Shown here one piece after another: positions 48,099 through 57,659 of a stretch of 64,000 nt of DNA. Origin of the DNA: Planctomycetota bacterium (GTDB taxonomy: Bacteria; Planctomycetota; B15-G4); NCBI GenBank assembly GCA_965248575.1, contig CBDFJQ010000002.1:3616001-3680000 (forward strand). The letters are read 5' to 3'. Below the pieces are notes generated by a model that saw only the letters and a list, made by a program, of their open reading frames with translations, was not told the DNA's origin and ran no database searches. Position 1 is the first letter of the stretch. Every line of letters begins with the position of its first letter. The position numbers were made by a program, and so were the translations under genes.

Positions 48099-49628
48099 TC
48101 AGTCGTCCCCGACGACCCAGGCCAGGCGACCGTGGAGGTAGTCGAAGACCAGCGTGGCGTCGCCGATCAGCGACAGGCCGATGTTGCCGTCGGTGTAGGC
48201 GCTGGCGAAGGCGCCCACCTCGGCGGTGGCGAAGCGGGCTGGCAGGTCCTCGAAGCGATGGCCGGCCACTTCGAGGGAGGTGATGTCCGCGTTCCACACC
48301 TTCGCGCTGCCGCCCACGCCCTGGCTGCGCGAACCTCGCAACTCCCGGCCTTCCAGGAGGTCGAGCCGCGCCACGGTGGGTGCATGGAAGGTGACGAAGT
48401 CCCCGGCGCCCGTGTCCAGATGGAAGAGGCCCTCGTGCTGGTCGAGGAAACGGCCGCGCAGGGTGGGGATGTTCTCGTCGAGCAGGAGTTCGTGCCAGGT
48501 GGCGTCCTGGAGCCCATACGTCTCCGGGTCGTACACGGCGATGCGGTCCGCCGAGGGCGTGTGCTCGACCACGGCGTGCGCCAGGATGTCGTAGCCGACG
48601 ATGCCGGCGACCGGCACGCCGAAGGGCTCCTCCAGGAAGGCCAGGTCGATTTCGACGAAGACGGGCTCCGCGAGGGTCAGCGGACCCAGGCCGAGGGGCG
48701 GGCCCCGGCGGAGCCGCGCGGTGGAGGTTCCCGAGGCGCCCACGGCCACCACCTCGCCCCGCACCGGCATGGCGTGGGTGTCCGCCACCGAAGGCGTGAT
48801 GACGAGGCCGCCCGCGCCGCTGTCGAAGATGAACCAGCCGCTGTCGTCATCGCCGATGCGGGCGCGCACGAGCTGGTGTCCCGTGCGCACGCGGAAGACC
48901 TCGAGCTCCGGCGCGATGTCGGCGTCGAAGGCGTGCGCCATCGTGCTTCCGGGCTCCAGCGTGAAGAGGGCCGGGTCGTCGTCGATCCAGCGAGCGTTCT
49001 CGACGGCGTAGTGGTTTGCGACGGCTCCGTCCTGCAGCTCATCCAGGCGATGGGGGAACCACCGGCCGTCGACCTGGCGCCAGTCGTCGAGGGTCCAGCG
49101 GGTGCCGCTGGCCTCCGAGGGGCGCACGAAGCTCGCCAGACGAGCGTTCTCGAGGGTCGCGTGGGCGAGGGTCGGTGAGCCACTCCAGCGCACGTCGAGG
49201 TGGGCGGGCTCCGTGGCGTCGGGGAGGCTGATGGAGAGGTCGGCGTCGGGGTCCAACCACTGGCCGCCGAGCAGGGCAGCCACGAGGCGCGCGTCGTCGG
49301 CCTCGGCGAGGATCGGCGCCCGCGTCACGCCTTGGCGGTCGGTGCCCATCAGGCGTTCTCCGTCGAAGGCCACGACGAACCCCAGCTCGTGCTCCACCTC
49401 CATGCGGAAGCGGCCGTCGGGGGCGAAGGCGAACTGGAAGCGGCCGTCGAGGCCGGCGTAGTGGGCGCTCCCCTCGCAGGCGAGGACCTTTCCGTCGGGG
49501 GGCGCTGCCTCGCCCAGCGTGGCGGCACGGACGCGGCGCAGGACGTCGTCCACGGAGTCGGAGCCGACCTGGGGCAGCAAGGCGACGGCGAGGCCGAGGG
49601 CCAGGTGGAGGGTCTGGATGGTGACCAT
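48099..49628 (-). CDS. Secreted protein with tandem retropepsin-like aspartyl protease domains
   Basis: Signal peptide; FIFDSGAG...GIVGYD and FHLDTGAG...GNIGLS. Confidence 0.82.
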   Translation of the reverse strand: MVTIQTLHLALGLAVALLPQVGSDSVDDVLRRVRAATLGEAAPPDGKVLACEGSAHYAGLDGRFQFAFAPDGRFRMEVEHELGFVVAFDGERLMGTDRQGVTRAPILAEADDARLVAALLGGQWLDPDADLSISLPDATEPAHLDVRWSGSPTLAHATLENARLASFVRPSEASGTRWTLDDWRQVDGRWFPHRLDELQDGAVANHYAVENARWIDDDPALFTLEPGSTMAHAFDADIAPELEVFRVRTGHQLVRARIGDDDSGWFIFDSGAGGLVITPSVADTHAMPVRGEVVAVGASGTSTARLRRGPPLGLGPLTLAEPVFVEIDLAFLEEPFGVPVAGIVGYDILAHAVVEHTPSADRIAVYDPETYGLQDATWHELLLDENIPTLRGRFLDQHEGLFHLDTGAGDFVTFHAPTVARLDLLEGRELRGSRSQGVGGSAKVWNADITSLEVAGHRFEDLPARFATAEVGAFASAYTDGNIGLSLIGDATLVFDYLHGRLAWVVGDD

Positions 49629-49666
49629 GGCTGCTTCTCAGGGGGCGGGGTGGACTCTCGTTCGTT

Positions 49667-49695
49667 AATGTTCAATAATCTAATCACATTTGAAC
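49667..49695. promoter_or_regulatory. AT-rich palindromic operator candidate between divergent protease and HTH regulator genes
   Basis: GTTCAA-N14-TTGAAC (49670-49695) overlapping AATGT-N14-ACATT (49667-49690). Confidence 0.5.
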
Positions 49696-49716
49696 CACGC
49701 TGACGAGGGCCAACCC

Positions 49717-50307
49717 ATGGCGAGACGACGACCGCGAATCCAGCGCGTGGACGGCATCGAGGCTGTCCGGCTGCTGGCTTCCCCTGTGCGCATGGAGATC
49801 CTCAACAGCCTGGCGGGGGTCCGGCGGGCCTCCATCGCCGAGCTGGGCAAGCTGCTGGGCCGGGCCCCGAGTTCGCTCTACCACCACGTGGCCCAGCTGG
49901 TGGAGGCGGGTCTGATCTTGGAGGGCGGGCGTCGTCCGACGGGGGCCCATGACGAGCTCGTCTACGAGGCTGCCGCGGATGAAATCGGACTGGCCCACGA
50001 TCCGGCGGACGCCGAGCTCTCGGCGGCCATCGCCGACGCCATGGCTGCCAACCTGCGTGCTGCCGAGCGCGACTTCCGCGCCGCCCTCTGCGAGGGCACC
50101 GGCCGCGTGCGGGGCCGGGGCAAGGACACCTTCGGCGGTCGCTACAAGGGTTGGCTGGAGGAGGCTGATCGGCGGGAGCTCTTCGAGCACGTGGAGGCCA
50201 TCGCGACGATCTTCGGCCGCCGGCAGGGCTCGACCGGGGGCCGGCTCGTGACGGCGACCATCGCGACCTGTCCGGCGGCGGTGAAGCGCCAGCGGAGGGA
50301 GCGGTGA
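49717..50307 (+). CDS. ArsR-like winged-helix transcriptional regulator
   Basis: LASPVRMEILNSL...SIAELGKLLGRAPSSLYHHVAQLVEAGLI. Confidence 0.82.
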   Translation: MARRRPRIQRVDGIEAVRLLASPVRMEILNSLAGVRRASIAELGKLLGRAPSSLYHHVAQLVEAGLILEGGRRPTGAHDELVYEAAADEIGLAHDPADAELSAAIADAMAANLRAAERDFRAALCEGTGRVRGRGKDTFGGRYKGWLEEADRRELFEHVEAIATIFGRRQGSTGGRLVTATIATCPAAVKRQRRER

Positions 50308-51545
50308 GTGGGATGGGCGAGGTGGGTGCGATGAGTGCGATGAGTGCGAACGAAACGACCATGCGCTCCACGCCGCGGGAGCACGCGCGGTCCATGCTCG
50401 CCCCCAAGGCGCTGTTCACCCTCCTGTTGATGGCCGTCGTGCTGGGCGGTTCACCTTTCGCCGTCACGGATCCCCTGCCCCCAGATCCCCCAGCCCAAGT
50501 TCCCCTGGCCCTCCGGAGTCCTGCGACTGCGGCGGTCGTCGAACGCGCGCCTCGCCCGGCGGACGCGATCCTGGCGCAGTTGTCGACCCACGACATCGTG
50601 CTGGTGGGCGAGAGCCCTCATCGCGGTCGTCGCATCCACGAGGTCTATGCGCAGATCGTGGCGCACCCCGACTTCGCAGCGCGCGTCGACGACGTGATGG
50701 TCGAGTTCGGCAACGCTCTGCACCAGCCGACCATGGACCGCTATCTGCTCCAACTGGAGGACGTGCCCCGGGACGAGCTGGCCCTCTGCTGGCGCGACAC
50801 GACGCAGCTGCTGGTCTGGGACTCCCCGGTCTACGAGGCCTTCTTCACGAGCGTCCGGGCGCTCAATGAATCGCTCGCGGCGGGCGAACGCGTGCGTGTG
50901 CTGCTCGGGGATCCGCCCATCGATTGGTCGGTGGTCGACAGCGCGTCCGCCCTCGAGCCCTGGCTGGAGCGGGAGGGCTCCTACGTCGACGTGCTCGAGC
51001 GCGGGGTGCTTGAACGGGACCGCAAGGCGCTCGTGTTCATCGGGTCGGGCCACTGCCTGAAGCGCGCCGCCCGTTCCGGTTTCGTGGAGGAGGTCACCGA
51101 GCGCAGCTGGCTTGGGCAGCTGCTGGAGGCGCGCCACCCGGGGCGATCCAGCACGATCTACTCGTTCTTCGAGAAGGGTGCGCTGCAGGATCTCGAGGGC
51201 GTCGCCGGCTGGACGGCCCCGACCTGGGTCGAGCTCTCGGACCACCCGCTGGGCGAGGCCTCCTTCGGTCTCATCGCGCCGAGCCTCTCCATTCGCGAGG
51301 AGGTCGACGGGCAGCTGGTCTGGATGCCGTTGGAGGCGGAGGATTGGCCCCCCATGAGCGTGATGGTGGACGCCCTCCTCTATCTGGGGGAGGAGCAGCC
51401 CGGTGAAGAGGTGGCGGCGCTCCCGAGCACCTACGCCGACGAGGCCTATGTGCTGGAGCTTCGGCGTCGGGCGCGCTTGCTCGACGAGCTGTTCGGCTTC
51501 GAGTACTACGTGCCGAGTGTGGAGGCGCTGTCCGCGGGAGGGTGA
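50304..51545 (+). CDS. Exported hypothetical protein, ChaN/EreA/Tiki-like fold
   Basis: Hydrophobic leader, DIVLVGESPH, VMVEFGN and KALVFIGSGH. GTGA overlap with the regulator; the true start may be further downstream. Confidence 0.6.
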   Translation: MSGMGEVGAMSAMSANETTMRSTPREHARSMLAPKALFTLLLMAVVLGGSPFAVTDPLPPDPPAQVPLALRSPATAAVVERAPRPADAILAQLSTHDIVLVGESPHRGRRIHEVYAQIVAHPDFAARVDDVMVEFGNALHQPTMDRYLLQLEDVPRDELALCWRDTTQLLVWDSPVYEAFFTSVRALNESLAAGERVRVLLGDPPIDWSVVDSASALEPWLEREGSYVDVLERGVLERDRKALVFIGSGHCLKRAARSGFVEEVTERSWLGQLLEARHPGRSSTIYSFFEKGALQDLEGVAGWTAPTWVELSDHPLGEASFGLIAPSLSIREEVDGQLVWMPLEAEDWPPMSVMVDALLYLGEEQPGEEVAALPSTYADEAYVLELRRRARLLDELFGFEYYVPSVEALSAGG

Positions 51546-51587
51546 TGGCTCAAGTCCGCGGCTGCAGGCGGGACGCGAGTGCGCCCA

Positions 51588-52319
51588 TCACCCCCGGAAC
51601 AACAACACCAAGCCGCTGGCCAGCAGCACCAGCTGCACCGCGCGCTGGAAGGCGGGCCCCACCAGGCGTGTGTGCAAGCGTTGTCCGAGCACCCGGCCCA
51701 CCAGCAGCGGGATGATGGCCCAGGCCGTGACGGCCAGGCTCTCGCCGTTCAGGCGGCCGGTGCTGCCGTAGCTCACGAGCAGCACGGAGTTCAGCAGCAC
51801 CCACAGCACGCAGAGGCTGGCCCGGAAGCTGCCCTTGGAGAGGTCACGCCGGCTGAGGACGTAGACCACCAAGGGGCCGCCGGAGGCGAACAGGCCTTGG
51901 ACGAACCCGCCGCCTACGAGCAGGGCGCGGGAGAAGAGCTTGCGGGGAGGCCGATCCGCAGCCGCGGGCCGCAGGAGCTCCAGCAGAACCAGGCCCGCGA
52001 TGATCCCTCCCAGCAGGCGCGGCAGGACGCCTGTATCCGCGGTCTGGAACACGAACAGTCCGAAGGGGAAGCCCAGCAGCACGAGGGGCAGGACCTCCCG
52101 CAGCAGGACCCGCCAGGCGATCTGGTCCCGCTGGTGCCAGGCGATCCACGCGCTGAGCCCCCAGGTGGTGGGCAGGATGGCCGGCAGGATCAGCTCGATG
52201 GGCAGAAGGTGGGCGCCCAGGGCCACGCTGAGGACGTTGGCCCCGAAGCCGAGGGCCCCCGCGCAGGTGTAGGCGGCCGTGATGACCAGCAGCAGGGCGA
52301 GGACGTGGGGCTCGGGCAC
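51588..52319 (-). CDS. TauE/SafE family sulfite exporter-like membrane protein
   Basis: GALGFG, GGGFVQGLFASGGP, FRAS and about 8 TM helices. Confidence 0.85.
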   Translation of the reverse strand: MPEPHVLALLLVITAAYTCAGALGFGANVLSVALGAHLLPIELILPAILPTTWGLSAWIAWHQRDQIAWRVLLREVLPLVLLGFPFGLFVFQTADTGVLPRLLGGIIAGLVLLELLRPAAADRPPRKLFSRALLVGGGFVQGLFASGGPLVVYVLSRRDLSKGSFRASLCVLWVLLNSVLLVSYGSTGRLNGESLAVTAWAIIPLLVGRVLGQRLHTRLVGPAFQRAVQLVLLASGLVLLFRG

Positions 52320-52432
52320 GAGGGCAGGGTCACCGGAGCGGGGGTGGGTGTCCACGGGGATTGTGGATGGGGGCGGCGGGGGCAGGGTTCGTCCTCCGAT
52401 GGCCAATCGGTCCGCCAACTGGCCTCCAGGCC

Positions 52433-52462
52433 TTGACGGCTGGGGGCTGGCCTCGCTAGAAC
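52433..52462 (+). promoter_or_regulatory. Sigma70-like promoter for tRNA-fMet
   Basis: TTGACG-N18-TAGAAC, about 48 bp upstream of the tRNA. Confidence 0.45.
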
Positions 52463-52509
52463 AACGGGCTTGAACGGACCACCCAACCGGAGGTGGTTGC
52501 AGGACGGTA

Positions 52510-52586
<77 letters not shown>

Positions 52587-52768
52587 TTTCTTCGACATCC
52601 ATCGAGATGATCGAGGCGCGAGATGGCCCGATGGCACCCGACCCAGGGACAGCCGGCGGGCCATCGGCAATTCTGGCCCGGTCTCCTCTCGCTGCAGCCC
52701 GCCGAGACAGCGTGATCGGCCGCGAAGACGCCCCCGCCCGCAACGGGCGAAGGTGCTCGGCGAAGGTG

Positions 52769-53560
52769 TCAGCCCGGCTGTCCTCGCACCCCGATCACAG
52801 CGAAGCAGGTGTCGTCCTCGGCGGCTGGCTCCATCGCGGTTGCCTTCCAGACCCTGACGTCCTGGAACCCTGCGGCGGTGTACAGCTCCACTGCCTGCTG
52901 CTGGGTGTAGGAGCGCGACTCGGGCGAGAATCGCTGCAGCTCTTCTTCGAGCGTCTCGCCATCCAGGCTGACCTCGTAGCGGAAATCACAGTGCTCCATC
53001 TGCGTCTCGTGGTCGTATCGGAACCATGTCCAGCGCCGCACGAGCGCGCCATCCGTCTCCCGGATCGCCTCCCCGGTCACCTTCCAATCCGACACCGTCG
53101 GGTCGCCCTCTGACCAGAGCGTCTCGAAGGTCATGATCAGCGCCCCGCCCAGCTCCAGGTTGGCGAAGAGCCGGTCGACCGCCCTGCTGCTCGCGTCCCG
53201 ATCGGTCAGCAGCTGAATGGTGGTGGACGACACGATGATCGTCTTGTAGTTCCTCGGAAGGTCCAACTGCTCGAAGGGTTGTTGGTGGAGCGTCGGGTCC
53301 AGCCCCTGCTGCTCCGCCTTCGCCCGGCACAGCGCCAACATCTCGGGGGAGTTGTCGACCCCGTCCACGTCGAGCCCCTGTTTCAGGTAGGTGAGGATCA
53401 AGCGGCCTGTGGCACAGCCGACGTCCAAGGCCGGCTGCCCGTAGCGTGCGATGACCTCCTGGAAGAGGAATCGATCAGGGAAATCCTCTTGGCCGGGCCG
53501 GATCAGATCCCAGGTTGAAGTCATGAGCCCGAAGTACGCGGTGCTTCCGTCGTCTGGCAT
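52769..53560 (-). CDS. Class I SAM-dependent methyltransferase
   Basis: ALDVGCATGR and GVDNSPEMLALCR; AAGGAAAC RBS. Confidence 0.88.
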   Translation of the reverse strand: MPDDGSTAYFGLMTSTWDLIRPGQEDFPDRFLFQEVIARYGQPALDVGCATGRLILTYLKQGLDVDGVDNSPEMLALCRAKAEQQGLDPTLHQQPFEQLDLPRNYKTIIVSSTTIQLLTDRDASSRAVDRLFANLELGGALIMTFETLWSEGDPTVSDWKVTGEAIRETDGALVRRWTWFRYDHETQMEHCDFRYEVSLDGETLEEELQRFSPESRSYTQQQAVELYTAAGFQDVRVWKATAMEPAAEDDTCFAVIGVRGQPG

Positions 53561-53614
53561 GTGTTTCCTTGTGTGGCGGTCGCGCTGACGGGGATCGTAC
53601 AGGGGGGGTGTGCG

Positions 53615-53935
53615 CTACTCGAAGATCACATGTAGCAGGAACAGCGCGCTGGCTAACACCAGGGCTTCGAGCGCCATCAGTGGCCAGCGCGCCAGCCTGG
53701 GTCCGCGCCCCACGCTCATGCTGAAGGCGGCGATGGAGCAGAGCACGCCGAAGCCTGCCCCCAGGAGGATGGGCTCGACGAACCAGAGCGAGCTCGACAG
53801 CCCTCCGGTGGGCACGCGGCGCTGCTTGCCGATGATGAACGCGAGGCCCCCGATGATGAAGGGCATGAGCAGGACGAGGGCGGGCACGATCAGTTCGTGG
53901 AGCGGTGGACCGGCTGTCGCGCGTTTGTCAGGCAT
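53615..53935 (-). CDS. Small membrane protein (3 TM)
   Basis: 106-aa hydrophobic ORF with GC3-rich codons. Confidence 0.5.
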   Translation of the reverse strand: MPDKRATAGPPLHELIVPALVLLMPFIIGGLAFIIGKQRRVPTGGLSSSLWFVEPILLGAGFGVLCSIAAFSMSVGRGPRLARWPLMALEALVLASALFLLHVIFE

Positions 53936-54073
53936 GGCGTCGTTCCCGTCGGCGAGATTCCCTCAGACGGATTCTACTTCTACCTCCGGCTTCGGCGCGG
54001 GATGGGCAGCTGCCGAAAGAAACCTTGGATCCATCTCCACACTCGGCCCCATCGCCCACTGCTCCTAACCCAC

Positions 54074-54820
54074 ATGCCCAACATCCCCACCATCCCGCCC
54101 GCTGTCGCCCGCAAGCTCGGCCACTACGTCTACCTCTACGTAAACCCGCTGGACGGCTCAGTCTTCTACGTAGGCAAAGGCAAAGGCTCGCGCGCCCTCG
54201 CCCACCTGACCGACGGAGCGAAGGAGCCCGTCAAGAAGGTCATCCGTCAGATTCGTGCTGCGGGGCAGGAGCCCAAGATCGAGATCCTGTCGCACGGTCT
54301 ACCCAGCGCCGAGGTGGCTCTGCAGGTCGAGGCGGCGGCCATCGACCTGATCGGGGTCGACAATCTGGCGAATGGTGTCCGCGGTTGGCATGGTCGGTCC
54401 TTCGGCAGGATGCCCGTCACGGAGTTGGTCGCGCACTACTCGGAGCGCCGGGCGAAGATCGACGAGCCGTCGATCTTGATCCGCATCAACCGCAACTACC
54501 GCTACGGTATGACAGACGTCGAGCTCTACGACGCGACGCGCAGTGCCTGGAAGGTAGGCCCCCGGGCCGAGGAGGCGAAGTATGCCATCGCCGTCTTCGA
54601 GTCGGTCGTGCGCGAGGTCTACGAGATCACCCACTGGCTCCCGGGCGGCAGCACCTTCAACAACCGCAACGACGGCCGTTACAAGCCACGCGAGGGACGT
54701 TGGGAGTTCGTGGGCACCCTCGCGGGCGACGAGCTTCGTGAGCGCCTGGTGAATCGCTCCGTGGCGCACCTCTTCGCGAAGGGGTCGCAGAACCCGATTT
54801 CGTATGTGGGGTTCGAGTAG
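54074..54820 (+). CDS. LEM-3-like GIY-YIG nuclease domain protein
   Basis: HYVYLYVNP...FYVGKGKGSRALAH...EAAAIDLIG..NLANGVRG; C-terminal LYDATRSAWKV...RWEFVG. Confidence 0.85.
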   Translation: MPNIPTIPPAVARKLGHYVYLYVNPLDGSVFYVGKGKGSRALAHLTDGAKEPVKKVIRQIRAAGQEPKIEILSHGLPSAEVALQVEAAAIDLIGVDNLANGVRGWHGRSFGRMPVTELVAHYSERRAKIDEPSILIRINRNYRYGMTDVELYDATRSAWKVGPRAEEAKYAIAVFESVVREVYEITHWLPGGSTFNNRNDGRYKPREGRWEFVGTLAGDELRERLVNRSVAHLFAKGSQNPISYVGFE

Positions 54821-54841
54821 GGGGGCTCTCACCCCCCCCAC

Positions 54842-57367
54842 TCACTTCGGCTTGCGCAGAAACACGTCACTCGTCCCGTTGCCGTCCGGCGGCACGAAGT
54901 TGATCGCATAGGAGTAGAACGACACCGTGCGGCCGTTCGAGGAGAGCGAGGGGCCCTCGCTGTCGTTGTCCCCCTGAGCCCCGTCGGAGCCCAGGGAGGC
55001 GAGCGCAGTGATGCCCGTCACCCGATCGTGGGTGAAGACGTCGCAACGGTTGTTCGTGTCGTCCGGCACGAGGTTGGTGGCATGCGTGGCGAAGGCCACC
55101 ATCCGGCCGTTGGCGGAGATCACTTGATCAGACGCTGCCTGGTTGCTCTGGACTCCGTCGGTGTTCACGGACACCCGCGTGGTCTGCCCCGTCTTCAAGT
55201 CGTGCACGAAGATGTCCCGCTTGCCGTTGGTGTCTGCTGGCACGAGGTTGGTGGCATTCGAGGAGAAGGCCACGAAGCGGCCGTTCGCCGAGATCGAGGG
55301 GCTGCGGCTGCTCCCGTCTGCCTGGGTGCCATCGCTGCTGACGGATACCCGTGTCATCGTTCCCGTCTTCATGTCCCGCACGTAGATGTCATTGAAGCCG
55401 TTGGTGTCGCCGGCCACGAAGTTGCTTGCAGCGGAATAGAAAGCGATGACGCGCCCGTTCGCCGAGCAGGTGGGGCGGGAGCTGGCCCCGTCGCCCTGGG
55501 CACCCGTGGGGCTCTCGGAGACGCGCGTCGTCAGGCCGGACTTCAGATCGTGCACGAAGACATCCTCCACGGCGTTCGTGTCTGTCTGCACGAGATTAGT
55601 CGCTTTCGAGTGGAAGGCGATGACCCGACCGTTGGCCGAGACAGCGGGCTCCCTGCAGTGGTCGTTGGGCTCGCCGCCGTCGCTGCTTACGGAGACGCGC
55701 GTCGTCTTGCCCTTCTTCAGGTCGCGCACGAAGACGTCACGCTTGCCGTTGGTGTCTGTTGGCACGAGGTTGGTGGCATCCGAAGCGAAGGCCACGACGC
55801 GGGCATTCGCCGAGAGCACAGATTCGAAATTCCCCCCATCCGCTTCGACTCCATCAGCACCGACGGACGCTCGCGTCGTCTGCCCCGACTTCGAGTCGTG
55901 GACGAAGACGTCTCCCTCGTCGTTCGTATCTACGGGCACGAGATTGCTGGCCGACGAGCAAAAGACCACGACCCGGCCGTTCGACGAGATCGAGGGGTAG
56001 AGGCTTTGCTTGTTCCCTTCGGCGCCGGGGCCCGAGACCGAGGCGCGCAGCGTCTGCTGCTGCTTCAGGTTGCGCACGAAGACGTCGCTCGTGGTGTTGG
56101 TGTCCCCCGCGACCAGATTGGTGGCGTACGACGAGAAGACCACGCAGCGGGCGTTGGCCGAGAGCGCAGGCTCTGCGCTGAACTGATCGCCTTCGGTCGC
56201 CTCGGGCCCGAGCGATACGCGCTGGGTTTCTTGCTGCTTCAGGTCGCGCACGAAGACGTCCAGCGTGGCATTTGTATCGCCCTGAACGAGGTTGGCCGCG
56301 CCCGAGACGAAGGCCAGCATGTTCCCGTTGGCTGAGAGCGCCGGCGCGGAGCTGGTGCTGTCCCCTTGGGCGCCATCGGGAGCGACGGATGCACGACTTG
56401 TCACGCCGGTCTTGAGATCGCGCACGAAGACATCACTCACGCCGTTCGTGTCCCCGGCCACGATGTTGGTGGCGTCCGAGCGGAAGGCGACGACCCGACC
56501 GTTGGCCGAGATCACGGGCTCGGAGCTGATGCCGTCTCCCAAGGCGCCGCCGAGGCCCACGGACACGAGCTGCGTCACGCCCGTCTTCAGGTCGCGCACA
56601 TAGACGTCCCCCGGAATGCCGAGCTGGCTCTCGGACGCTTCCGCGGGAGGGTCGATCAAGTTGGTGGATTCGGTCGTGAAGGTCACATAGCGGCCGTTGC
56701 CTGAAATGGACGGTTCCTCGCTGGGCTGGTTGGCTTGCACGCCCTGGCTGTTCACCGATGCGAGTGTCGTCACACCTGTCTTTCGTGTGTGCACGAACAC
56801 GTCTTCCAGGGAGTTCGTGTCTCCGACGACGAGGTTTGACGCACGCGAGACGAACGCCACCACCGCTCCATTCGAAGAGATGGCCAGATTCGAGCAATGG
56901 TCGCCTCCCAAGCCGCCATCCGAACTGACGGAGACCATCGTCGTGACACCCGTCTTCCGATCGTGCAGGAAGACGTCGTTCGCGGTGTTGGTGTCACCAG
57001 GTACCAGGTTTGTCGCATTGGACAGGAAGGCCACGAAGCGCCCGTTCGCGGAGAGCGCGGGCTGCGTGCTGAAGCCGTTCGCTTCGCTGCCGTCGAAGCC
57101 CACGGACAGCCTCGTGGTCAGGCCCGTCTTCAGGTCGCGTGCGAAGACATCGCTGACGCCGTTGGTATCCCCCAGCACGAGGTCGTCAGCAAAGGAGACG
57201 AACACCATGACCTTGCCGTTGGCCGAGATCTCCGGTTGAGTGTTTGCACCGGTCGTCTCGGCGCGATCTCCGACCGAGACGCGACTCACTTGTTGAGCGC
57301 TCAGCAACTGCGGCAAAGCAAGCGTTCCCAGCGCCAGGAGGGCGAACGGGACCAGACGCCCAGACAT
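54842..57367 (-). CDS. Secreted TolB/PD40-like repeat beta-propeller protein (14 repeats)
   Basis: Signal peptide and 14 copies of a ~60-aa unit (P.ISANGR.VAF.S.ATNLV.GDTN...DVFV.D...G.T.RVSV). Confidence 0.88.
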   Translation of the reverse strand: MSGRLVPFALLALGTLALPQLLSAQQVSRVSVGDRAETTGANTQPEISANGKVMVFVSFADDLVLGDTNGVSDVFARDLKTGLTTRLSVGFDGSEANGFSTQPALSANGRFVAFLSNATNLVPGDTNTANDVFLHDRKTGVTTMVSVSSDGGLGGDHCSNLAISSNGAVVAFVSRASNLVVGDTNSLEDVFVHTRKTGVTTLASVNSQGVQANQPSEEPSISGNGRYVTFTTESTNLIDPPAEASESQLGIPGDVYVRDLKTGVTQLVSVGLGGALGDGISSEPVISANGRVVAFRSDATNIVAGDTNGVSDVFVRDLKTGVTSRASVAPDGAQGDSTSSAPALSANGNMLAFVSGAANLVQGDTNATLDVFVRDLKQQETQRVSLGPEATEGDQFSAEPALSANARCVVFSSYATNLVAGDTNTTSDVFVRNLKQQQTLRASVSGPGAEGNKQSLYPSISSNGRVVVFCSSASNLVPVDTNDEGDVFVHDSKSGQTTRASVGADGVEADGGNFESVLSANARVVAFASDATNLVPTDTNGKRDVFVRDLKKGKTTRVSVSSDGGEPNDHCREPAVSANGRVIAFHSKATNLVQTDTNAVEDVFVHDLKSGLTTRVSESPTGAQGDGASSRPTCSANGRVIAFYSAASNFVAGDTNGFNDIYVRDMKTGTMTRVSVSSDGTQADGSSRSPSISANGRFVAFSSNATNLVPADTNGKRDIFVHDLKTGQTTRVSVNTDGVQSNQAASDQVISANGRMVAFATHATNLVPDDTNNRCDVFTHDRVTGITALASLGSDGAQGDNDSEGPSLSSNGRTVSFYSYAINFVPPDGNGTSDVFLRKPK

Positions 57368-57659
57368 CTCACGAACACACCAGCGCATGCGCATACCCGG
57401 GCACCCCCATCGGCAAGAAGAACGGACGCGTGTCCGCCGAGCAGACAGGGTAGGCGAGTGCTGGGCGCGGGGGCTTGGCTTTTTCGCCGTCCGGGTGCTC
57501 CTGGCGATCCCAGAGCCCCAGCACCGTTTGCTGCCAGCCTTGGACGGCGTGTCCGTCCCCCACGACGACCGTCTCTTCGCGCGCTTTCAAATCGGATGCG
57601 TGCCGGTCCTCTTCCCGGGCCGATCGAACTCCGACCGGGCGCCGGTGGCCACGCACCTT

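Noticed and set aside
50322..50349. 9-bp ATGAGTGCG repeats at the start of the ChaN-like gene as a phase switch
   Set aside because: In-frame unit with only about 3 copies; it affects start-codon choice only.
57470..57540. c-di-GMP-I riboswitch (GCAAAC...GAC..AAAGCC resemblance on the minus strand)
   Set aside because: Spacing and the GNRA/receptor elements do not fit well by eye; it would need an Rfam hit.
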